DNA from: a virus
Lineage: Duplodnaviria > Caudoviricetes
Length of the DNA: 46,021 nucleotides
Strand: one strand, 5' to 3'
IMG/VR virus record: IMGVR_UViG_3300046323_000666
Span: 1-46,021 of that record
Shown: piece after piece, positions 15,551-25,700 of the stretch
Numbering within the stretch: position 1 is the first letter of the stretch
Layout: the number at the start of each line of letters is the position of its first letter
Made by a program: the position numbers and the translations under genes
Notes under the pieces: model-generated
Seen by the model: the letters and a program-made list of their open reading frames with translations, nothing else
Databases searched by the model: none
Told to the model about the DNA's origin: nothing

Positions 15551-15739
15551 ATGAGTAAAGATAAGAAAAAAATTAGGAGTTCTGCAAATGCAGTTATTTT
15601 AAAACAGTTAGCTAATAAGTACAATATTACCGAGCAATATGCTAGAGTATGTGTAAAAGGGCATAGTGACTCTGATATAGCTCCTTTAATTCAGGCAGAT
15701 TATAAGTTAGCCGAAAAAAAATTAAACAATTTATTGTAA
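15551..15739 (+). CDS. Cro-like small DNA-binding protein
   Basis: LANKYNITEQYARVCVKG HTH-like; first gene divergent from the repressors. Confidence 0.65.
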   Translation: MSKDKKKIRSSANAVILKQLANKYNITEQYARVCVKGHSDSDIAPLIQADYKLAEKKLNNLL

Positions 15740-15925
15740 AGTAAATTCTTTAAAAACTTAAAAACCAAGCCGTTTTAATGACTTCAACCTCCGAAATTTT
15801 ACGAAGATTCAACTTTTTCCTTTTGAATAATATTTTAGATTTTGAAGAAAACACAATAGAAGCTAAAGGGTTTATTGACCCAAACAATAATATTTTTAAT
15901 CAACCTCTAAAAAAAATAACAACTT

Positions 15926-16126
15926 ATGAAAACTATTGTAAAAAAAGGAAATTTCGTCACTGCTCCAATTAGTAACTGCGATTATTTAACCCCAAACAAG
16001 CGGTATGAAGTAACGAGAATAGTAAAGAAACAATTCTTTGTAATCATCGCAGACGATGGAGACGAAACGTATTGCTCACTGATTAACTGCGATCATTTGT
16101 ACGGACAAAACTGGTTGCTCAACTAA
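15926..16126 (+). CDS. Hypothetical protein
   Basis: ORF with A-rich leader. Confidence 0.7.
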   Translation: MKTIVKKGNFVTAPISNCDYLTPNKRYEVTRIVKKQFFVIIADDGDETYCSLINCDHLYGQNWLLN

Positions 16127-16128
16127 TT

Positions 16129-16305
16129 ATGAATTACACAATTAACATATCCGAAGAAGGGGTTTTATTGCTAGAATCAATCTTAGCTCAAACTAAAGAC
16201 AATGTAATTATGATGCCAAATCCTCCTAAACCAAAAAAACTCACGGCAGTAGAACAAATGACTATTAGAATGAATGAGTATCGCGCAAGAAAACAACGAA
16301 AATAA
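16129..16305 (+). CDS. Hypothetical protein (58 aa, MNYTINISEEG...RKQRK)
   Basis: Translated by hand; fills the gap between neighbouring genes. Confidence 0.65.
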   Translation: MNYTINISEEGVLLLESILAQTKDNVIMMPNPPKPKKLTAVEQMTIRMNEYRARKQRK

Positions 16306-16322
16306 CCTTAAAACTTTTAACT

Positions 16323-16592
16323 ATGATTTTATCAACACCCAACAACACACGGGCAGAAGTTCTTTTTGAATTAATTAAAAAAGGTTCCGTTTCTATGAAA
16401 GAGTTTTCATGGATGGAAGGGTTCAGAACTAGAGTTTCTGAACTAAACAAGAAACACCTAATCCCACTACTAACTACTAGAGAAAAAGGAGAGAATAAAC
16501 ACGGTAACGCTATCTGGTATAAAAGACATTCGCTCCCTTTAGACCAAATAGATTTTGCCTTGGGAGTTTATAATAAAATCAATAAAAGTTAA
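16323..16592 (+). CDS. Winged-HTH-like hypothetical protein
   Basis: VLFELIKKGSVS...FRTRVSEL pattern. Confidence 0.65.
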   Translation: MILSTPNNTRAEVLFELIKKGSVSMKEFSWMEGFRTRVSELNKKHLIPLLTTREKGENKHGNAIWYKRHSLPLDQIDFALGVYNKINKS

Positions 16593-16600
16593 ATCAAAGT

Positions 16601-16819
16601 ATGACCAAGATAGAAAAACACGAAAAGGCAATAAGAATATTAGAAGCTATCGACCATTTAACCAATAGGATTTGGAGTAATGAAAAATCAATCTCTATGT
16701 CAAGAAAAAATGAATTTGGAGGGATTTTCGAGCATTACACCAAGCGAGTTGAAATCGACAGAAATATAAAAGCAAGACTTCAAAACTATTATAATAACTC
16801 ATTTAAAACACCACAATGA
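16601..16819 (+). CDS. Hypothetical protein
   Basis: ORF in the + strand gene run. Confidence 0.7.
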   Translation: MTKIEKHEKAIRILEAIDHLTNRIWSNEKSISMSRKNEFGGIFEHYTKRVEIDRNIKARLQNYYNNSFKTPQ

Positions 16820-16895
16820 AAAAATCACAATCTAATTTACCGACAGCAAATATTTGTAATCGAATAATCTATAACCCTCCAACAAAACTTTAATT

Positions 16896-17087
16896 ATGAC
16901 TTTAGACCAATTTGATAAAACAGGATTTACAGGGCAAATGAAATGCCTTTACGATGATAAAGAATATGGTATTGCTACTGTTGATTTTGAAGAAAGATTA
17001 ATAGGTATTTATGAGATGATTGAAGGTGCTGAAAGTGAAGAAGAAATTTCGTGGAAACGATGCGAAAACATAACAATAATAAACTAA
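16896..17087 (+). CDS. Hypothetical protein
   Basis: ORF in the + strand gene run. Confidence 0.7.
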   Translation: MTLDQFDKTGFTGQMKCLYDDKEYGIATVDFEERLIGIYEMIEGAESEEEISWKRCENITIIN

Positions 17088-17091
17088 AACT

Positions 17092-17787
17092 ATGTCAGGA
17101 GAAATAGCAACAATACCAAAAAAAGAACTTCCAGTTTTAGCCGATTTATACAAAGCAACCGACATAGCTACTTTGTTTAAGCACGACCAATTTAATCTTT
17201 TGATGAATCAGGCACCAGAGCCGAAATGGATTTTAGAAAACAAATTTGCAGGGAATTCAAAATACATTCCTATTGGGATTTTAGAAACTCTACTTCAAAG
17301 AATTTTCAAAGAATTTCGTGTAGAAGTAATGCGTGAAGGTCAATTATTCAATTCTGTTTACGTAACGATAAGACTTCATTATCTAAATCCTGTTAGTGGG
17401 GAATGGAGTTATCACGATGGAGTTGGTTCTGCTCAAATTCAAACAGCAAAAGGAGCAAGTCCAGCAGATTTAGCGAGTATAAATAACAATGCAGTAATGA
17501 TGGCTTTGCCTATGGCTAAATCATATGCGATAAAAGATGCTTGTGACCACTTCGGAAAACTATTTGGCAGGGATTTAAATCGAAAAGAAGTGATGGGATT
17601 TGGAGTTGATAAGAATCTTGATAAAGAGGCAGAACATAATGAGCTTGTTGCACTTTTCGAACAAAAAGAAGATTTCATTCCTGCCAACGACTACGACGAC
17701 GTAAAATCCGTAATCGAAAAGAAACAAGTCAAAGCCTACCCAAGAATCAAAACTTATTTAGAAAACATTCAAATCCCAGAAGTATGA
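17092..17787 (+). CDS. Single-strand annealing protein (Rad52/Sak-like)
   Basis: KYIPI...LQRIF...AIKDAC..FG..FGRDL pattern; upstream of an exonuclease. Confidence 0.7.
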   Translation: MSGEIATIPKKELPVLADLYKATDIATLFKHDQFNLLMNQAPEPKWILENKFAGNSKYIPIGILETLLQRIFKEFRVEVMREGQLFNSVYVTIRLHYLNPVSGEWSYHDGVGSAQIQTAKGASPADLASINNNAVMMALPMAKSYAIKDACDHFGKLFGRDLNRKEVMGFGVDKNLDKEAEHNELVALFEQKEDFIPANDYDDVKSVIEKKQVKAYPRIKTYLENIQIPEV

Positions 17788-18665
17788 CCCCAACAGAAGA
17801 AATATTATTTAGAAGTTCCGGTTCAGGAGCTTTAATGACAACCAAGCAAGGAACAGGAATAACCGAAACTCAACTGGCTAGAATTCAAGAGTTATTACAA
17901 GAGAAACTTACCGGACTTAATGTAAACGGAAATAAAGTAAAATTCGAAGGAACAAAGAAACCCGAAGAACTTGCAGAACTAATCGCTAAACGTGATGCTC
18001 CACCTGAATTATCAGATACGGCCAAAGCATTTGTTCGGAAAGTTTGGCTGAAAAACGAAAAAGGAATCGTAAAGGATATTAAGTCAAAATATCTAGATAA
18101 AGGTACTTTTAACGAAGAAGATGCAATTACCTTGATTTCCGATGTAGATGGAATTATGTATTCTAAAAACGACGAAAGAAAAGAAAATAAAGACCATAGC
18201 GGAGAATGTGATGTAGTAAAAGAAGTTGGCGGAAAGAGAATTGTTCACGATGTAAAATGTTCTTGGGATGCCGAAACTTTTATGACTTCAAAACCATCAT
18301 TAGACTACGAATGGCAAGGTAGAATTTATATGGAATTATGGGATGCTGACGAATTTCAACTACGATACTGCCTAGTAGATTGCCCCGACCATTTACTACA
18401 AAAAGAAAAAGAATTCGCTTGGAGAAAGTATTATTCCAATACAATGACCACCGAGGAAGAAGCAGAACTTGAAACAATGATGGAACCAATTTATGCTCAA
18501 ATCGAAAGAAATCTTGTGTACTCCGTCGGCGACAGATTTACCAAGGAAGAAAGAGTCAAAACTTTTATTTTCCAACGGGATAAAGAAAAAATGAAGTTGA
18601 TGTCTGAAAAAGTAAAAATGGCACGTGATTACTACAAAACTATCACGCTAAATGGAAATAATTAA
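17784..18665 (+). CDS. YqaJ/lambda-type exonuclease
   Basis: KG..NE, GECD, DVKCSW, YEWQGRIYM motifs. Confidence 0.8.
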   Translation: MTPTEEILFRSSGSGALMTTKQGTGITETQLARIQELLQEKLTGLNVNGNKVKFEGTKKPEELAELIAKRDAPPELSDTAKAFVRKVWLKNEKGIVKDIKSKYLDKGTFNEEDAITLISDVDGIMYSKNDERKENKDHSGECDVVKEVGGKRIVHDVKCSWDAETFMTSKPSLDYEWQGRIYMELWDADEFQLRYCLVDCPDHLLQKEKEFAWRKYYSNTMTTEEEAELETMMEPIYAQIERNLVYSVGDRFTKEERVKTFIFQRDKEKMKLMSEKVKMARDYYKTITLNGNN

Positions 18666-18670
18666 AAACT

Positions 18671-19420
18671 ATGAGTAAAGACCCCGCATTCTTGTTTTAC
18701 TCTAATGATTTTTATAGCGGAACAAGAACTATGCTTCCGGAAGAACGAGCTTGCTACATAGACCTTTTGATTTATCAGCATCAGATTGGTACGATTCCGT
18801 TGGACTTGAAAAGGGTATTAATGTACTGTAGCGGAATAAATGAAGCTATGCTTATAGCTACCCTTGAAGCCAAGTTCATAAAAAGCGATGACGGATGGCA
18901 TAACGAAAAATTAGCACAAGTTATCGAAGAGAGAAAAACCTTTACAAGTAAGCAGTCAATCAACGGAACTGTAGGGCAGTTTTGGAAAAAGGCAAAAGCA
19001 TTGTTAACGCCTGAAAAATATGATAAAATCAAAACTTTTTACAGCAAAAAAAGTAATGAAATTATTCATAAAGAAATAGTAGAAAAGGACTTAAAAAACG
19101 ACGTCAACATCGAAGCTATGCTTAAAGCTATGCTTAAGCAATTAGAAAATGAAAATGAAATTATAATTCCTTTAGATAATAATTCTTCTTTTAAAGAAAC
19201 TTTATTAAAAAACGAAAATTGGAAAAATTCAATTTCATCTGAATTTAAAATCTCAATCGCTGAAGTTGAATTAAAATTGGGAATTTTTGAAAAGCATTTA
19301 TTCGATGAACAAAAATTTCACCCCAACTTAAACGAATTCGCAAAACATTTTAAAAACTGGGTTCCAGTAAACAAACAAAAAAATGGAAATACTAAAACAA
19401 CTTTCGCAAAAAATCGATGA
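18671..19420 (+). CDS. Replication initiator-like protein (DUF1376/YdaU-like N-terminus)
   Basis: KDPAFLFYSNDF...EERACYIDLL; upstream of a DnaC-like ATPase; internal repeats. Confidence 0.7.
   Translation: MSKDPAFLFYSNDFYSGTRTMLPEERACYIDLLIYQHQIGTIPLDLKRVLMYCSGINEAMLIATLEAKFIKSDDGWHNEKLAQVIEERKTFTSKQSINGTVGQFWKKAKALLTPEKYDKIKTFYSKKSNEIIHKEIVEKDLKNDVNIEAMLKAMLKQLENENEIIIPLDNNSSFKETLLKNENWKNSISSEFKISIAEVELKLGIFEKHLFDEQKFHPNLNEFAKHFKNWVPVNKQKNGNTKTTFAKNR
18843..19136 (+). repeat. Iteron-like 12-bp repeats AAGCTATGCTTA (candidate origin)
   Basis: Exact copies at 18843, 19113 and 19125; degenerate copy at 18855; AT-rich tract follows. Confidence 0.6.
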
Positions 19421-20237
19421 GCCACTCATCGGGATTGGGTATAATAAATATCAAAACCTTAAAAGCCTTTCTTTTAATTCTTTGACGGATTTAGAGAAAA
19501 CACAAGTTTCAGATTACGAGAAACTTCACGAGCCTTCAAAAGAGCAGTCAGAAGCTCATAAAAAATACGTAAGTAATATGTTGTCGACAAAAGAAGAAAA
19601 ACCTTTTAAAACAAGCGCATTGCTTTTAGGAAGCGTATTTAAAACTGTTTTTGTCGGCTTAAATAAAAAAGAGTTCGTAAAAAACGAGTTTACTACAAAT
19701 AACATCCTCCCATTGCTATATTATTTTTCAAGAGACGAAAGGTTTTTCGAATGCGAAAATCTAACCAATTTATCAACTCCAAGTTTCGATAAAGGACTTT
19801 TAATTGTAGGGACTTTTGGAAATGGTAAAACAGCTACAATGAGAGTTTTCGAAAGAATTTTTAGAAACATCAAAAACAGAACTTTTAAAGGCTACACGGC
19901 AAACGAAGTGGTAGGTATGTTCGAAAAGTGTAACGACGAAAATCTAAAGAAAGATTTTGACCGTAAAATGAACCTTGGGTCAAGATACTTCGATGATTTA
20001 AAAACAGAACGCATCGCTTCAAATTACGGAAAGGTAAACATCTTTAAGGATATTCTCGAAACCCGATACAACAACAATTTAAAAACCTACATAACCTGCA
20101 ATTACAAAGAAGGATTTGAAGGAAATGTAGAAGTAGCGTTAGAGGAATTTGGGGAGAAATACGGAGGGAGAGTTTACGACAGATTATTCGAAATGTTTAA
20201 CATCATTGAGTTCAAAGGAAAGTCCTTCCGTAAATAA
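19383..20237 (+). CDS. DnaC/IstB-like AAA+ ATPase (helicase loader)
   Basis: GTFGNGKT Walker A; YFDDL Walker B; TCN; YGGRVYDRL. Confidence 0.85.
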   Translation: MEILKQLSQKIDEPLIGIGYNKYQNLKSLSFNSLTDLEKTQVSDYEKLHEPSKEQSEAHKKYVSNMLSTKEEKPFKTSALLLGSVFKTVFVGLNKKEFVKNEFTTNNILPLLYYFSRDERFFECENLTNLSTPSFDKGLLIVGTFGNGKTATMRVFERIFRNIKNRTFKGYTANEVVGMFEKCNDENLKKDFDRKMNLGSRYFDDLKTERIASNYGKVNIFKDILETRYNNNLKTYITCNYKEGFEGNVEVALEEFGEKYGGRVYDRLFEMFNIIEFKGKSFRK

Positions 20238-20247
20238 AATATAAACT

Positions 20248-20580
20248 ATGAGTGAGGATTTAAAAGGAACAAATTGGGTAGCTAATGAATTAGGGCTTAC
20301 GGTAAATGGATTACGATATAAATATGGTACGGCAGGAATAATTCCAACTCTAATAAAGCGAAAATTGTATTTTACGACAGAGCAATTTGAAGAGTTAAAA
20401 AATTATAAAGGTTCGAGGAGCGTTCCAAAAAAACACGAAAAGTACGAGGCTATAATTTCGTATTGGAGGACGAATGAAAATAATTCATCCCCTCAAATAT
20501 CGAGAATATTTGGTGTGAAAGAATCTCACATAAACTCCATTTTGAATAATTATTTAAAAGGCTTAAAAATTAAAACATGA
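20248..20580 (+). CDS. HTH-containing hypothetical protein
   Basis: VANELGLT.NGLR and ISRIFGV HTH-like segments. Confidence 0.65.
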   Translation: MSEDLKGTNWVANELGLTVNGLRYKYGTAGIIPTLIKRKLYFTTEQFEELKNYKGSRSVPKKHEKYEAIISYWRTNENNSSPQISRIFGVKESHINSILNNYLKGLKIKT

Positions 20581-20948
20581 ACCATTTAAATCTAAAAAAC
20601 AAACTCGATGCTCAAATATCAAGTTACATAGATTACCAAAAAACAACCACACGAGCAAAGTCTATAAAAATATCTAAAGAAATAGCAAGATTATCTCAAA
20701 TAATTGAATCAATAGATATGATGCCATATCCCGTTCAAAAAAGACAAATAGATTCTACAATAGAGCATAAACATTCAAAACTAAACTTTCAACCCACAGA
20801 AACAAAAGACATGAGCAACAAAAAACGAAACCCGCCAGAACTTTGTAAACCAATTTTTGACGAACCAAAAGACTCAAGAAATAGAGCATTAGAGTTAGTA
20901 GCAAGTCATAAACACATAAAACCTATAAAATACCTCTTAAAAAATTGA
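20577..20948 (+). CDS. Hypothetical protein
   Basis: ATGA-coupled ORF. Confidence 0.65.
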   Translation: MNHLNLKNKLDAQISSYIDYQKTTTRAKSIKISKEIARLSQIIESIDMMPYPVQKRQIDSTIEHKHSKLNFQPTETKDMSNKKRNPPELCKPIFDEPKDSRNRALELVASHKHIKPIKYLLKN

Positions 20949-21133
20949 AACAGTCAATTTCAAACGAAAAGGAATTTACAATAGAGTTTTGGTATAGATA
21001 CAGAGGTGGCGACGAAAAAGATTTCGACGAAGTGAATATAACCGCTACTACCTATGAAAAAGCGGTGGAGATATTAAAAAATACCCGCAAAAATATTTTT
21101 GGAATAACCAATAAAACCAAGCCAAATGCCTAG
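20945..21133 (+). CDS. Hypothetical protein
   Basis: Coupled ORF with TTG start. Confidence 0.6.
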   Translation: MKQSISNEKEFTIEFWYRYRGGDEKDFDEVNITATTYEKAVEILKNTRKNIFGITNKTKPNA

Positions 21134-21758
21134 ATGTCTAAACTGCCGAGAGAAGTTCGAGCCAAAGATATTCCTTCAAAAGTACTGCGACAAAGTAGAT
21201 TGTAAAGTAAAATATGCAGTTTCGGTAGTTACAAAACAAAAGGAAGCTAATGTAAAAAAAGCCAAAAAGGAATCTGCACACGAAAAGCAAGTTTTAAAAG
21301 AAAAGCTAAAAACACTTTCAGATTGGAAGAAAGAATTTCAAACTGAAATTAATTCTGTTATTCGTGAAATAGACAAAGGCTATCCTTGTATAGCTACAAA
21401 TACAACCAATGGTAAGATGAACGCAGGACATTACATCGGAGTTGGAGCAAACGACACACTAAGGTTTCATTTAGAAAATATATGGCTTCAATCGGAACAT
21501 TCTAATAGTTGGAAATCAGGAGACACAATTCGTTATCAAAATGGAATTGTAGCCACTTTTGGGAAAGATTATTTAGATTATATGAATAGTTTACAACAAA
21601 TAAAACCTATAAAACCATCCGTTGCTGATGTAAAAGAAAAAATACCAATAGCACGAGGGATTCTCAAATGGCTAAAACTTCAAGACCGAAAGTTTACCCC
21701 CGAAGAAAGAATATCACTAAGAAAAGAATTTAACCAAAAAATAGGACTTTACAACTAA
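21126..21758 (+). CDS. ninG: NinG/Rap-like recombination endonuclease
   Basis: RCLNCREKFEP...QKYC; IREIDKGYPCI; AGHY...LRFHLENI. Confidence 0.8.
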   Translation: MPRCLNCREKFEPKIFLQKYCDKVDCKVKYAVSVVTKQKEANVKKAKKESAHEKQVLKEKLKTLSDWKKEFQTEINSVIREIDKGYPCIATNTTNGKMNAGHYIGVGANDTLRFHLENIWLQSEHSNSWKSGDTIRYQNGIVATFGKDYLDYMNSLQQIKPIKPSVADVKEKIPIARGILKWLKLQDRKFTPEERISLRKEFNQKIGLYN

Positions 21759-21768
21759 AAAACAAAAA

Positions 21769-22005
21769 ATGACACAACACACCCAATTAAGCGAGGTAGA
21801 TTTTAAAGAAGCAGTACAAAACACAGTTACCTTCAAATCTATCGAAAACAAAGTGTTTCAAAACTTGTATTTCAAACTCAAAACATTCGATAGGTTTTAT
21901 GAAAATTATCGTCAGGGAGTTCGATACGGAATAGATTACTTACGCCAAAAACCTACTTTACAAAGTCGGGATGTTAGAATTATCGCAGAAATCTTAAAAA
22001 CATAA
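21769..22005 (+). CDS. Hypothetical protein
   Basis: ORF with A-rich leader. Confidence 0.7.
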   Translation: MTQHTQLSEVDFKEAVQNTVTFKSIENKVFQNLYFKLKTFDRFYENYRQGVRYGIDYLRQKPTLQSRDVRIIAEILKT

Positions 22006-22007
22006 TT

Positions 22008-22523
22008 ATGAAAAAGCTACTTATTACCATTTTCCTGATGTCGGGAATATGCTCGGCTCAAAACGTTTATTTTTCAGTAAGCACCGATATTAAAAATTCT
22101 GTTTTAGGTAGCGACCCTACCAACAATAAACCCTCTTTTGACGGTATATTTCAATTTGGTATGATAGGAAGCGTACCGAATCACAAGACCGTTATAGAAA
22201 GCACAATCAGTTATGAGGCTTTTAATAGAATACGTTTTAATCGCTATTTCTTTTCGGTTGGGGTTCATTTACCTATAACAGAAAATCTAACGGTAATTCC
22301 ATCTTATGAAACCTCTTTGATAGGTCGTTGGGGTCAAGAATGGCAAAACGTAAGCTCTCATATTGCTTTATTAGGCGGAAACATCGGAGTTAGATATAAA
22401 ATTAACTACCATTGGTCAGTCGAATTAAATACAGGTGTTTTAGACCGTGTAGATTTGAATACGAGATATGGTGGTAGAAACATAAGAATCAGTGAACAGT
22501 TTAAAGTATTATATAGATTATGA
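22008..22523 (+). CDS. Secreted or outer-membrane beta-barrel-like protein
   Basis: Signal peptide MKKLLITIFLMSGICSA-Q; alternating beta-strand pattern; ends VLYRL. Confidence 0.7.
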   Translation: MKKLLITIFLMSGICSAQNVYFSVSTDIKNSVLGSDPTNNKPSFDGIFQFGMIGSVPNHKTVIESTISYEAFNRIRFNRYFFSVGVHLPITENLTVIPSYETSLIGRWGQEWQNVSSHIALLGGNIGVRYKINYHWSVELNTGVLDRVDLNTRYGGRNIRISEQFKVLYRL

Positions 22524-22720
22524 AACCAATCCCAAAAATACCCTACACTCCCGAACTCAAAGAACGACAAGTAAATCTTCGAAAGTTTCTTCGTGGCGTT
22601 CCCGAAATTCAATGGAAGGAATTAAGACCTTTCGGATTTCAAATAAATGTAGGGACAATCCCTGATGATAAAGTAGAGGAGTTTTTAAAAATAGCGAATT
22701 CCGTAAACTACGAAAAATAA
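22520..22720 (+). CDS. Hypothetical protein
   Basis: ATGA-coupled ORF. Confidence 0.7.
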   Translation: MKPIPKIPYTPELKERQVNLRKFLRGVPEIQWKELRPFGFQINVGTIPDDKVEEFLKIANSVNYEK

Positions 22721-22749
22721 AAAGCCCCTACTTAATTGTAGAGGCTTTT
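22719..22749. terminator. Bidirectional terminator between the replication and virion modules
   Basis: AAAAGCCCCTAC-ttaatt-GTAGAGGCTTTT. Confidence 0.75.
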
Positions 22750-22752
22750 GTT

Positions 22753-25700
22753 TTATCGTCTAGGAGGAACGTATCGTATTCCTTCTTCCCTTGCTTTGTT
22801 TCTTAGTTCTCTTTCTTTTTCTATTTTTTTTCTTTCAGACTCCCTTCTTTCTTCGCTTGTTTTTCTTGTAGGATTTAGTCGCTCTTGCATTGTTTTTTCT
22901 ATGTTTTCTTTTGACATTTTAGATTTTTCATAATCCTGAACGTTTCCTAATCCCAACACAGAATAAGCAGTTAAAAACGCTTGCACCCCTTTAAAATCTT
23001 TTTCTTTAGCGTCTTTTACGGAACCCATAAATATAGGGTAAAAAGAATAAGCGTCACTCTCTAATAGATTTTCTCCAAAATCATTTTGCCTCGATTTTTC
23101 TCCTGTAGCTTTATTTTCTTCAATTTTAGAAGCTAAATATTGATGAACCATTCGGAAGCCTGGAGATTCTTTATTCACAATAAATCGAACCATTGCATCG
23201 CCACGGTTTTGTATTCCGTTTCTATCTTCCCCTAATTTAAGCACTTTACCGTCGGAGTTTTTAGTTTCTTCAGTAAGTAATCTTGCGTATAAAGTTATCA
23301 ATGGAATATATCCACCCCACGGATCGTATCTAAACGTGCCTATTTTTAGTTTTCCAAAATCAGAACTTCTTGGGTCTTTCTCAACTGTCATTTCCTCTTC
23401 GTCGTCGTCTTTTCCCGCATTGTAAGCGGCCATTAAAAACAACATTGTAGCAGATGTTGAAACTACAGATTTAAACATTGTAGCCATAGCCATTTTATTT
23501 GCTACGGTAGGTTTAAAATAACTTCCGTTTTTAAAATCCGTTGAACCTACGTGTTGTTTCATGTAATACACTGGGTTTAGTTGCTGTATAACAGATGCGG
23601 CATTTTTAAACGAGAAGAAAAATAAATTCAATCCTTTTTGGTTTAATTCAAATCCTGCTGGTTTCGCTCTTCCGGAAAATGTTCGAATGTAACTTGCTAG
23701 TAATTTGTAATCTTCCAAATGGTTAATTTCATCTTTACCTTCGGCTTTCAATCGCTCTACACCACGTACAAATTCCTCAAAACGGAGTTGATTTCCATAA
23801 ACAGTTAAGCCTCTTTCTACAGCCTCAAAAGCATTTACGTTTCTCCATTGCTCCGCTACGGTGAATTTTTCTTTTTGCTTAATATCTAATTTATAGTTTT
23901 CGAATAATTTATTATATTGAGTTTTAGCAGAATTAATAAAAGCATCACCAACTGAAGTCTTTTTTGCTTGGGTGAATTTTTGGCCGCCAAAATTATCAAT
24001 AAGTCGCACTGGTAAATTCCATATAAAATGCAACATACTTCCAGAAGCCATTTCTTCACGAACTTCGTTTCTTAAATCAGGATGTGTCATTCCTATATCT
24101 AATTTTTTAGATAATGAATGTAGCGGATGTCCGATTATTTTTGCAGTAGCTTTATTAGTTTTTTCTTGCGAACCAATAGCCCCGAATAATTTAACAAATT
24201 TTCGACCAAGCTCTTTTGGGTTTCTCCATAACTCGCTATAAGTAAATCCTCTTAACTGAATACCTATCAATCCTAAATCCAAAGACGCTTTTATTGCTCT
24301 CGTCAATCCCCCAGCCTCTAAAAAAGCATCGGTCATTTTTTCCGTAAAAGTTCTATTTTTTAATTCTTGTAAGTACTTCATTTTTTCGTACTCTTCATAG
24401 ATAGCTTCTTTCTCGGCACGTAAAGTATTCAACTCACTATCGGCTAAAACAGGAGTGACTACTTTTTTAGCAAAATCATTATTAGCTAATCTTGTCTTTA
24501 AATCCTCTATTTGGTTTTTAACACGAGTTTTGGTTGTTTTTAGACGTTGTTGTTCGATTAAACCCGCTTCTTTCCTTAATTGTTTTTTAGACTCTAACAG
24601 CGATTGTTTTACCTTTTTTAATGCTTCTATTTTTTTTGAAGTAGCAGGAGTTGGTTTTTCTTTATATTCAATTTCGCCATTATAAATATCGTCTTGGATT
24701 TTCCCAATATAAGTTTCTAATGATTTTTCAGCACTTGCTATTTTTTGCGCTTCTGTAAGTTCAGGTTTTCCAACCAGATCATCAAGGATTTGTTTTTTAG
24801 CATCACGAATAGTTTTTAATGCGCTTGCTTCCTCATCGAGTTTTATTGGAGTTCGGTCAATTTTACGTTTTTCACCATTCGCAATTTGCTTATCTAAATC
24901 CTCTATTTGGTTTTTAAGTTGAGTTTTTACTTTATCAATTGCATTAGCCCATTGTTTTTCAGTATCAACTTGCTCTAAGTTCAATTCTTTGGCAAGTCTA
25001 TTGATATTCCTTCTTAATTCCCTTGCTTTTTGTTCTGATTTTGGGCGAACTAATCCGCTTTTCTTAGGCATTTCCCCATTCATAACATCATCATAAGCAG
25101 ATAGCAAACGTCCATATTCCTTCAACTTGTTTACTTGAGCAGTGATGTCGTCTTTATTTGGATTGATTTGCTTTCCGTAACCAGTTAAAGCATCACGAAT
25201 ATCTTTAACGTCTGCATCAGGATATTCGTCTGCAATATCGTCTTTTATCAGTGCGGATATTTCATCAATATCATTGTAACCTTGCTCTACATAATCACGT
25301 AGCAATTGTGCAGGGATTTTAATTTTCCCTTCCTCGCTTATGGTGATACTTTGTAGGTCGGTTACTTTTACGTCGCCTTTCCCTCCCGCTTCTTTAAATA
25401 ATTCAGGTAAATATTTTCTTGCTCCATTACCTATTTCTTTTAATATTTGATTTGAAAAATTTGAGAAGTCGCCTTTAGCCGCTTTGAAAGTAAGTCCTAA
25501 ATATTCTCTAAATTCCGGATCAGCAATTAACGTAGCAAATCTAGTCACGTCGTTTAGTGTGCCAAAAAATTTATTTTTAAGAACTTTTTTTCTTGTTTGT
25601 TCATTTGGCGTTAATCCTGATTTATTCTTTTTAGCATCTTGATTTTTACGTTCAACATCTTCCTGAATGTTTTTGATAGCCAATTCGTCCTCCGCTTTTT

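Noticed and set aside
15778-15972. 64-aa ORF after the Cro-like gene
   Set aside because: It overlaps the next gene by 47 nt and has no recognisable motif; it may be real but is not supported.
384-22612. Short antisense or overlapping ORFs (384, 2851, 3982, 4710, 5505, 5519, 8130, 10491, 14099, 14362, 14592, 16265, 17439, 18280, 18781, 22406)
   Set aside because: They overlap better-supported genes or the attP region on the opposite strand.
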